From the NCBI RefSeq assembly GCF_018350175.1, contig NC_058368.1, positions 197,348,001 through 197,412,000 of the forward strand: a stretch of DNA of 64,000 bases. Reading direction: 5' to 3'. Of this stretch, positions 53,616 to 64,000 are shown piece after piece. The stretch is from Felis catus. Lineage: Eukaryota. The position numbers and the translations under genes are program-made. The notes beneath the pieces are model-generated. The model had not been told where the DNA came from, made no database searches, and saw only the letters and a program-made list of their open reading frames with translations. The stretch's first letter is position 1, and each line of letters begins with the position of its first letter.

Positions 53616-55960
53616 AAAGGGCTTTATGAGATCGGAGAGCACTGTTATCTAGGTAATATTTTTGAAAATTATTCTCGTTCCCAGGGAAAAAGAGTAAGGA
53701 TGCTTCGCTGCCTGTTTTTCATAAAACTTGGCCGGTTACCTTGAACCTTCCATCATGCAGCTCCTAACATGCATGCACAAGTTTTTATTACCCAGTGACG
53801 CCCAAAGAAATCAGCCTTATCCCTAAGAGCTGCAGGAAGTATATTAGGTCCGTCACTTTCTCTGTCCCCAAGTGGACAGGCATGACTCTGTCCCTGGCCA
53901 GAGGCAAGGACAGCAGCATTCTCAGACCTTTCTTGTGGGCATTTGGAAGAGTAGCAGAAGTGTAGATGGGCTCACTTTTGGGTGCACTGAGTATATAAAC
54001 GTACTCTAGGCCACAGAGAGGAGATTTTGGATGAGAAAACCCAAGATCTAAAGAAGCCCCTCAGTTTCTGAATGAGGTCTAAAGTGAGGACGTGACTTGG
54101 CAAGCTTCACACGCTAGTTAAGTGATGTGGGTGTGACCAGAACGGTGTTCTCCTAAGTCTTAATCTGATGATCCTCACCGAGTCACCCCACTTCCCTCCT
54201 TGTAAGGTTTCCTTTGTTCTGCAGTGGTTCCTGGCACTTAGTTATTTCAGCACTTGTACGTAGTGAGCCTCTGAGAAAAGGACCGTAAGTTAGCTTGAGT
54301 GGAAACCCAGCCAAATGCATGGGGCTCACACAGAATATGCCTGAGATCATTGATGTGAAGATCACACAGGTCTCCTCTGGGACAGGGCTGGGAGCTGGAG
54401 GTCCAATCTCATCTCTCCCTGAAGTAGCCATAGAAGGGTTTCAACTTGTGTAAATAACCCCCAATTTATTTATGCATTCAGCAATTAGTTCTAGATTCTT
54501 CCTAGAAGCCTCGCGCTGCCCCAGGCTCTGGAGATGGACCAGCGAACGAAGTCTATCTAAAGTCTCTGACCTCCTGGAGCACAGATTCAGGGACAGCAAA
54601 TGGCACGAACCTTTGTTCCGAGCAAAGGTGGTTGGCAATTTTGTGTTTCTTCTCCGCACAGATGGTTACGATGGCTAAAATTTAATTTAAGTTAAATTTA
54701 GAAACATTTGCTTCACACATTTTGTTTTCCTAAACAGTGAGACTAATAAGATGGTTATGAAATGGATCTAAAATAAAGAATTTCAAATGAGAGAATGAAG
54801 AACAATGAATTCCCAGGAAAGAGATTAGTTTACGGAGTCAATTCTTTATTTTCCAAAAATCATTTCCCAAACAATAGCTCCCTGGCATGGAACGAAGTCT
54901 TTGAAAAACGCTGCCTCTCCTCAGAATTCTTGATATGACCTCATCTTACGGCATTGTTAATAATTTCAACCCTTTTGGGTGTAACTGATTTAACAAGTTA
55001 ACACTCGATGCTGTTTAGACAGCGTGTCCCTCAAAGGGGCAAGCCGGGGCAGGACTGGGTGATCACGGCATGGGAATCGGATTGGGGCCCCTTGCGCCTG
55101 GTTGCGTGAGTGGTTTTTGTGCTTTCATTTGGCCTCTGACACCCACAAGGGACCCAAAAGAATGGCTTAAACATTTGCCAGAGAAGATATGTGACAAGCA
55201 AGACTTGTGAGCATGAATGATTTGATGACAGCCCATATTCCTAATCATCATTCGAGACACATTTATTGAGGACCTATTATGTACCAGGAAATATAGCCGA
55301 TAGAGGTATCTCATCTGGCAGAGCTTAACTTCCAATCCAACGGGGGCAAAGAGACAGGAAAACAAATGCATGAAGGTAACTTCCAATCCAGTGGGGTTCC
55401 ATCGTGGTGGGGTCTGGCCCACAAACTGGTTGTGTCTGATTGTCGCTCAGCCTTTTTAGAAGGCTGTGCGGGATAACGAGAACGGTGGGCACAGGATCAG
55501 AAGTGTTACGTGTTTTTCTAGCTAGCCTTGCAAATAGTCACTTCGTGTGACCTTGGCCTTTCAGGGCCTCTGCTCCCTCACTCAGAGGGAGGGTGTCATT
55601 ACGGGCTATGACTTGGTGGAAGATCTCAAAGGCTCTTTCAGTTCTAACGTTGAAACATCACACGGTCTGTGCTTTAGGCGTTAAGCGCATTTGGGCTTGG
55701 TCAGGTTGCCCATAGAAAGCTGGACTCGCTAGCCAGGCCTGTTTTCTTAGTACTTTGTGTTTAATTGTTTTCTGATTCCAGACCTCCTTCGCATACAGTT
55801 TTCGTTTGATCCTCACAAAAAACCCTGTAGAGAGAAAGAATCTGAGGTTTGAGGCAGCTAAGTAACATACCTAGTTAGGCGTGCACAGTAAACATAGGGT
55901 CTGTTGAGCAAGGCCTTACTGAGTGGCACTTGATTACAAGTGGATCAAAACAGCCCCAGT

Positions 55961-56715
55961 CAGATGACAATATTTCCTTCTTTTTAAAGGCTGAATATAT
56001 ATGTGTACCCAATTGTATATACAAAACAGGCTGTTTCCATATCTTAGCCAATGTGAGGAATGCTGCATTGAACAGGAAGAAAACCCTGCCAGGGCGCCTG
56101 GGTGGCTCGGTCGGTTAAGCGTCAGACTTCAGCTCGGGTCATGATCTCACAGCTTGTGAGTTCCAGCCCCGGGTTGGGCTCTGTGCTGACAGCTCGGAGC
56201 CTGGAGCCTGCTTCGGATTCTGTGTCTCTCCCTCTCTCTCTGTCTCTGCCCCTCCCCTGCTCGCACTCTGTCTCTCTCTCTCAAAAAAAAAAAAAAAAAA
56301 AACATTAAAAAAGAATAAAAAGGCAAAAAAGAAAACCCTGCCATCTGTGACGACGTGGAAGAACCTGGAGATATTACGCCAAGTGAAAAAAGCCAAACAC
56401 AAAAATGCAAATATTGCCCGATGCCACTTATATGTGGAACCTAAAAGAACTTGAACTCTTTGAAGCAGAGAGAATGGTGGTTAGCAGGGCTGAGGGCGTG
56501 GGGAGTGGGGAAATGTTTGTCAAAGGGCACAAAGTTCTAGACGTGCAGGATGAGTAAGTTCACCAAGCTGTGACTATAGTTAACAATACTGTGTTGTATA
56601 CTTGACGTTGGCTCAGAGAGTGGATTTTAATTGTCCTTACCAGGGGAAAAAAGATAATTATGTGAAGGGATGATATGTTAATTGGCTTGATTGTGGTAAA
56701 CATTCCACAACGCGC

Positions 56716-56750
<35 letters not shown>

Positions 56751-56756
56751 ACGCGC

Positions 56757-56794
<38 letters not shown>

Positions 56795-56870
56795 CATAAC
56801 CTGGTACACCTTAAATATATACAATTTTCATTTGTCAATTATACCTCAATAAAGCAGGAAAAAAAAAAAC
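55961..56870 (+). mobile_element. 5'-inverted L1 3' end (L1MA/MB-type), interrupted by a SINE and (TA)n
   Basis: Antisense L1 piece ~55961-56074 joined to a sense piece ending ttgtcaattatacctcaataaagc-A tail. Confidence 0.75.
56092..56328 (+). mobile_element. Can-SINE nested in L1
   Basis: TSD aagaaaaccctgcca (56077-56091, 56329-56343). Confidence 0.93.
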
Positions 56871-57129
56871 CCAACCTGAATCATTCCCCTCCCCAACGAT
56901 GTGGGACCAGTGACCCTGATATCCTTTTGACACCCAAGCTCTGCATTTGTGTCTTTAAAAAAAAAAGCAAAAAACTGCCCTGAAGCCAGGAGGCCACAGA
57001 GATGATTGAATGTTATCTGTAGGCTACTTTGCCCCTATCACCGACAGAAAGTTCCTTAAGCCTTGATGGAGACGTGAAAATGTAGCACAACACGTACGAC
57101 AACATTCACCCATTGGAAAATGAGGGAGG

Positions 57130-57746
57130 GTGTTGCTACTGGGAATATGAAATGGAGCAAGCTGCTTTGGAAAATGCTTTGCCAGTTTCTTATAAATAAA
57201 CGTACACTGACCAAAGGACCAAAGGACCCGGCAATCCCAGTCCTAGGTGTTTATATGAGAGAAAAAAAAAAAAAAAAAACACGACAAAAACCTATGCACA
57301 CAGAAACCTGTACGCAAATGTTTATAGTGACTTTATTCGTAGTTGTCCCCAAACAGGAGCACCCAGTGTCGTCCGACTGGTGAAGGGGTAAACAAAGTGT
57401 GGTATCCCCATGCTATGGGATGCAGTTCAGGAATCAAAAGGGATAGATTGCCAATGCATGCAATAGCTCGGAAGAATCTCAAGTGCATTATGCTAACTGA
57501 AGGAAGTTGGATGCAAAGGGCTCCGTGCTGTATGGTTCCACTGATGTGACAGTTTGGAAAATAGATCTGTGCCTGCCAGGTGTTGCAAGTTGGGGGGAAG
57601 AGTTGATTACCAGGGGATCAGGGCATCGTTTGAAGCGGTGAGACTATTCCATATCTTAATGGGGCCAGGGGAACACAACTGAAGGCATTTGTTCGAACCC
57701 ATGAAACTAGGTAACCACAAAAGGTGAGTTTTACTGCACGTAAATG
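57130..57746 (+). mobile_element. Old L1 3' fragment (L1MC/MD-type)
   Basis: gacccggcaatcccagtcctagg...aaacctgtacgcaaatgtttatag...aaggtgagttttactgcacgtaaat. Confidence 0.7.
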
Positions 57747-58642
57747 GTCTGAACTTGATGGCCTCCAAGAAGTGGTAATACTGTATATACTTGTGTGTGT
57801 GTGTTGATTTTAAAATGTTTTGAGTTAAGAGTTAGTGTCAGAAAAGCACCCCATGTTTCTGCGGTGTCTGTTTTCTGAAGAAGACACACGGGGTCCGAAT
57901 TAAGAAAAGTTCTGTCGGGAAGAATTAAGAGTTAACCAGATCAGCTTGCCCAAGTTGGGGGAACCATGAAAACGAATTTGGAAATAATCGGTCAGGAATC
58001 TTTCCTTGCTAGGTCCCTAGGACTCCATCCTACCCTCTGCTTTGTAAACTTGTAACATGATACTTCTATAATCCATTATGTTTTTGGCATTCTCACTCAT
58101 TCTAACCGTATACAGATGGCAAAGTTTTTGAGGTCAGGGAAGTGAGTAGAGCAGAAAGCATGCAAAATTTTGCAGGAAGAATTTCCCTTCCTGGTGTAAA
58201 TTCTTTGAGGTCAGCTACTGGCAACTAATTTACTTATGGCACCGAGTACGGTTCTTGGAGGGCCAGAGCACCCCCTAAACCTCGAAGCAAATGTGGACGT
58301 GTATCACTCCGGGACACACACTGACAAATTCCTTCCCGTATCCCCACCTGAAAGACCACACGTTGGAAAAATATGAACCACTGCCCAGGCCAGAGTGAGG
58401 CAGAGGACTGAGTCAGGGTTTTCATCTTAGTTGAAGGGATGCACTGTTTTATACATCTTCTCCTTTTCTGTCTCCTGGCATATCTTCCTCATGAGTCATG
58501 CACCTTGATGCAGCCCCCAGGTTCTTCTCAATAGTGTTCTTCCCAAAGTCACGATCAGACTGCTGGAGGTGGTATTTTATATGCAGGTTGTTCTGGCTGC
58601 AAGAAACAGAAGGTGAAACCTAGGATACCTTTAGTAATTGCC

Positions 58643-59670
58643 AAAAAGGAAGAAAGGAAGGAAGGAGGGAAAGGGGGAGGAGGAGAAAGGAAGGGAGGGA
58701 AGGAAGGAAGGAAGGAAGGAAGGAAGGAAGGAAGGGAGGAGGGAAAGAGGGAGGGGAAGGAAGGAAGGAAGGAAGGAAGGAAGGAAGGAGGAAGGAAGGA
58801 AGGAAGGAAGGAAGGAAGAAGGAAGGGAGGAAGGAACGAGAGAAGGAGGGAGGGGAAGGAAGGAAGGAAGGAAGGAAGGAAGGAAGGAAGGAAGGGAAGG
58901 AAGGAAGGAGGGAAGGAAGGAAGGAAGGAGGAAGGAAGGAAGGAAGGAAGGAAGGAAGGAAGGAAGGAAGGAAAGAGGGAGGGAGGAGAAAGGGAGGGAG
59001 GGAAGGAAAGAAGGAAGGAGGGAAGGAAGGAAGGAAGGAAGGAAGGAAGGAAGGAGGAAGGAAGGAAGGAGGGAGGGGAAGGAAGGAAGGAGGGAGGGAG
59101 GGAAGGAAGGAAGGAAGGAAGGAAGGAAGGAAGGGAGGAGGGAAAGAGGGAGGGAGGAGAAAGGGAGGGAGGGAAGGAAAGAAGGAAGGAGGGAAGGAAG
59201 GAAGGAAGGAAGGAAGGAAGGAAGGAAGGAAGGAAGGAAGAAGGAAGGAGGGAAGGAAGGAAGGAAGAAAGGAAGGAAGGAAGGAAGGAGGAAGGAAGGA
59301 AGGAAGGAAGGAAGGAAGGAAGGAGGGAGGGGAAGGAAGGAAGGAAGGAGGGAGGGAGGGAAGGAAGGAAGGAAGGAAGGAAGGAAGGGAGGAGGGAAAG
59401 AGGGAGGGAGGAGAAAGGGAGGGAGGGAAGGAAAGAAGGAAGGAGGGAAGGAAGGAAGGAAGGAAGGAAGGAAGGAAGGAAGGAAGGAGGGGAAGGAAGG
59501 AAGGAAGGAGGGAGGGAGGGAAGGAAGGAGAGAAGGAGGGAGGGGAAGGAAGGAAGGAAGGAGAGAAGGAAGGAAGGAGGGAAGGAAGGAAGGAGGGAAG
59601 GAAGGAAGGAAGGAAGAAAGGAGGAAGGAAGGAAGGAAGGAAGGAAGGAAGGAAGGAAGGAAGGAGGGAA
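58643..59670. repeat. 1028-bp (GGAA)n-type polypurine array
   Basis: Only A/G on the + strand except one C at 58837. Confidence 0.97.
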
Positions 59671-60910
59671 TTGGTTCATGTGACTTAAAATTCAAGCCAG
59701 TTCCAGGGACAGGTTAATGGTACCTCTAAGGTGTCATCATTTCTTATCTCTACTCTCTGTTCCTCTTCCATTCCCCGGCTTCATGCAGTTTGAATGTGGT
59801 GACCGGCAGCTCCAGAACTTACATCCCCTCCCCCAGGTATGGTTACAACAGCAAAGAGCATCTTGTTCCCAGCACTTTGCACAAAAGCTCCAGGCCTGAA
59901 GATCACCGTGGCAAGGAGGGAGGATTCCAGCGTTGGGCTAGCCTGGGATGCCTGGATCCAAGGATAGAGCCGGTGGCCTGGGGACGGTGGGGATGGGCAG
60001 GAAACCTCTCCAGTAGAAAACTAGAATATTACTGGAAGAGGGATCATTCACTTGGGAGAGATGAAACTAATCTGATTACTCAGAGTAGTTCAACTCTCAC
60101 GTACACACAAGCAGGAAGAAGGGAGCTGCATTTGGTTTCTTGGAATATCTAACTAGGTAAACTGAGTCCAGGGCTCTATCATGCATCTGAGAGGCCGCTC
60201 CCATCCTAGCGAATTTGTTTCTAGGTGCTCTTTGCTCTCTGTCTCTTTTTGGCTCATCTTGCACTCGGGGCCTGGCCTGTCTTCTCCACCCCAGCTGGAG
60301 TCACAGTCACGTTCATGGCCCAGACGACCTTCTGCAGAGACAAGGTGAATGTTTCTCGAAGGAAACTCGTACTAAAAAGGTAAGTGGTGATTTTTTCAAA
60401 AGGAACAAATTGAGGCAGAGTAAAACAAAACACAGAGCACACGATGCCTTAGACAGGACGTATTTTACAGAACATGTGGTTTAGTTCAATTTAAGTAAAG
60501 CGTAATAATCATATATTAGATCCCAGGATGTCAGAGCAGTAATCGACCTTTAAAAAGTCCCTTAATTCACCCTCATTATCCTACAAATGGGGGCACTGAG
60601 GCCCCGGGAAGGCAATGACTTCCCCAAAGCTAACATCAGCATCAATGTCAGTGCCAACATCAATGTTCGAGTTGACCTAGGACCAGTATCTTTTCCTGGT
60701 GCAGTTCTGTTGTCAGACACGATGCTCCTACTGCTCCGGCCTCTGGAAATGATCTTTCATCAGGTCCACACATGTTGAAAGAGCTCATTTTTATTTAGAA
60801 AATATTCCTTGAGCAATAGAAATGGACAGATAACACTTTCTTATGGATCCCGATAGGCATACAAAGCTCCTGTCTCCCTGTCCTTATTTCTCGTATCCAT
60901 AGGCAACAGT

Positions 60911-61132
60911 TTAAAAACAAATTTTTTTTTTAATGTTTATTCATTTTCGAGAGACCGTGACAGAGCGTAGGTGGGGGAGGGGCAGAGAGAGAGAGGGAGA
61001 CACAGAATCCGAAGCAGGCTCCAGGCTCTGAGCTGTCAGCACAGAGCCTGACGCGGGGCTCGAATTCGTGGCGTCAGATCATGACCTGAGCCGAAGTCAG
61101 ACGCCTAACTGACTGAACCACCCAGGCGCCCC
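60911..61132 (-). mobile_element. Can-SINE
   Basis: TSD core ataggcaaca (60899-60908, 61134-61143). Confidence 0.9.
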
Positions 61133-61289
61133 AATAGGCAACATTTTTATTTGCCCCTTGTGTATTCTGCCAGGGATATTTTGTGCATATACAAACAATT
61201 CATGACATACCTACTCCCCATTAAAAAAACAAAATTGTTGCATACGATACGCTCCGTTTCGTATTTTGCTTTTTTCACTCAGATACAAA

Positions 61290-61720
61290 CACGTTTATCT
61301 TGGAAAACTTTCCGTGTGAGTATATCAGGAGCATCCTCATTCAGCTTTACAGCTGCAAAGTTTTCCATTGCATGACGGGGATCATAGTTTACATAGCCGG
61401 TCCTCTAATCTTGGCCATTTGGATGTTTTTCAACATTATGCTGTGCACCACGTTGCAGCTACAAATAACTTTATAAATACGTCACTTCACGTGTCTGTGA
61501 TTATACGTGTAAGATAAATTCTTCCCAAATGAAACAGCAGAATTCCTAAGGGCATGCACATTTGTTGTTTTGACGGATGTTGTTGAACTCGCCCTCCACG
61601 GCAGTCCTGTCAATGTGGGTGCCTCTGACACCGGAGAGGGCCGCCCAGCACGGCTTGTTACCAAATTTCGTATCTTCGAACATCTGATAATAGTGACATG
61701 TTATCTCACTGCTTTTCAAT
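61290..61720 (-). mobile_element. Old L1 3' fragment (L1ME-type)
   Basis: cctcattcagctttacagctgc...ttccattgcatg...ggccatttggatgttttt...gcagaattcctaagggcatgcacattt. Confidence 0.6.
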
Positions 61721-64000
61721 TAAAACTATAGAAATAAAAACAATACCCGGATGTCCCTTCCTCGTTTCTTCTGAATCCCATCTCCAGGATAATTTCTATT
61801 ATTGCTCCGAGGGTAGGGATCTCAGGTATATTTGCCACTTTCTTTTTCTTTCAAAATATATCACTGTCCCTATCCCGAACATGCAGATCTGCCTCCTTAT
61901 TTCATTCGATAGCTATTTCCTGAGAATGTGTCAGGTTTTAGGCTCTGGATGTAAAGCCCCAAGTAGGACACACATTCATTCGCTGCCGCGTGGAGCTTAT
62001 AGCCGAGTGGCTAAGACATTACCGAATGGATGAACAACTAAACTGTCATTGAGGAGAAGGTAAATTGCCCGGAAGAATAACACAGGGTAATGCGGTAGAG
62101 GGAGAGAGGTGGGGGCAGAGCCACCTGTCCTCCCCCTCCCCCAATATCCTTAAGAGCAAATAGGTCAGTGTGTAAAGTGAGCAAAGTGCGCTCACAAACC
62201 TACTATTTATAGTAGTAGTTTTTTTTATTTATTAGTTTTGGCCTGAGCTGACCTGCTGCTCCGGGGTTATGTAGCCAGAACTTTCCGATTGCCATTTAGA
62301 CTGCTCCAAGGGCCCTGAGCTAGGGACAGAAAAAAGCCATTCCGGTTCCCCCAACGGGCTGGTGCTAAAAACACAAACTATCAGTCTAATTCCTGAGGTC
62401 ACAAGCCAGCGCTCAGTGAAGAAAAAGTCATCTCCTCCCTTTCACCAAGCTCTCAATAAACAACTCATTGTCTATAGCAGGTTTAGAAAATCCTGTCTGG
62501 ATTTGGAATCTGGCCCAATTTGCCTCACATGGATCGGGTCGCGGAAAGAGCACTGCTCAGAGGATCTGATAAAGGGAGCTGTGCTCCTGATTCCGACCCT
62601 TGCTGCCCGCGTGCCTGTGGACAAGCCCCAGCGGGAGACGCAAGGACTTCTGGACAGGTAGCGTGATTCAAAGCACAAAGTCAGCTTGCTGGAGTTGTGA
62701 CCCTGACCTTAGTGTGGGTCGTGGTTCTCTTTTCAGAAACCGACCAGGTCTCCGCCTTGGACTTCAGTTCTGGTATACGTCTTGTCTTTCAGAACTGTTG
62801 GAAGATTCTCTGGCCGCTGCCAGCTACCAGGCATACAGTTCTGTGTCCCTAGGACACGGGCAGTGCCTGCTTCCACCTCATCTTGCTGGATCTCGATTGG
62901 GCTGCCCTCTCCCTCTGGCTGGCGCCCCATCCCTGCATTTCCTCAGACACCGCTTCTGTTTCCCAGAGTGGCTGTCCACCATCTACAGCTGGCCTGCCCT
63001 TTCTGTCCCCAACTCAGAGGCATGTTCAGTTTCTCCCTTCTTCCACTCTGCCCCCTACCACGGCTGGCATGAGGTTGGTCAAAGGCGGTGTCTTCCAACC
63101 ATTTTTCTCCTTTGGCACGTACACTTTTAAGCGGAACTCCAAATAGAAAACAGTAAAAAAAAAGGAAGGGGGAAAAAAAACCCCACAACTTACTTAGGCT
63201 AATGAAATCTTCCTTAAGAGAAACACATCACTGTTTGCCGAGCCAGGAAGCACCCTCAAAATTCAGTTCGTGAGTCTGAACTAGGCGATCTAGTCTGTTC
63301 CTTTCTATTTTGTAGGCAGCCCAGAAGACCAAGGGGCTCGCTCAGGTCACGCGGTGAGACCGCGCCGAATCCCGTCTCTAGAACACGTTGCTCTCAAATA
63401 GAATCCTCCCCTTGGGAGGGTAGAGACCTTCGCTGCCACGTGTCCCTCCCGTCTCCTGCGTGCAGAGTGCGACGTTTGGCACCTTGCGGGTGCTTGATTG
63501 GAAGTAGAATGAAGAACGGGTCTCGGTGGAAGAACTTTCACGGGTCAGGCTCCCTGCCCTTGGCTCTGGGAACAGAACTGTGAAGGGGGCTGATTAACAT
63601 GGTTCCTTCTCCTATAGAGCTTAGGGATAAACTGGGGCTTGGACCCGATACACATTATTGCAGAGGTGAATGCAATAATTAACAACCGTCTGCTCTTTAC
63701 AGGACAGGGCCCAGGCAGGCCTCAGAGCTGCCCACTGGGTGAGGAAAGGAGGCGAGGCGAGGTGGGGCCTGACCCCCAGGCCCACCTGGCCCCTACTAAT
63801 GCCTCGTCTTGCTTCACAGAGCTGGGCTCTGTCATCCTGGCTAAAGGGTGTGACTAGGCCTGCCTGAGGGAAGAGTGACCTCAGCTGCTCGGCTGCAGGG
63901 GCCCTGCCAGACTCTGTCACACCTACAGCGAGGGCTGCCCCGCCTGAAGCCCTGGGCTGGGCAGGGACAGGGCAGGTACTGAGTCTCCACCCATCAGCTG

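Noticed and set aside
58555..59717. Four ORFs of 354-374 aa (PSFL-rich and RKEG-rich)
   Set aside because: Artefacts of the stop-free GGAA/TTCC array

Overview
Mammalian genomic DNA from a cat-family (feliform) carnivore, judged from the many SINEC_Fc-type Can-SINEs. The + strand carries the last 14 coding exons (human exons 4-17) of SH3TC2, the Charcot-Marie-Tooth 4C gene: 841-35651, all introns GT-AG, 3594 nt spliced (1197 codons plus TGA), with exons 1-3 upstream of the window. After the stop come the 3' UTR and downstream DNA with about 19 Can-SINEs window-wide, old L1/L2/MIR, MER5/MER58/MER63 DNA transposons, MLT1 LTRs and a 1 kb GGAA polypurine array. I found no convincing undescribed gene system. 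The best candidates for follow-up are an interleaved double inverted repeat just after exon 9, a CRE/octamer/SOX motif cluster in intron 5, two SINE insertions at the same site of separate MER5 copies, a twin-primed L1, and felid codon differences at human CMT4C hotspots. Human comparisons and repeat subfamily names are from memory and need alignment or RepeatMasker confirmation.
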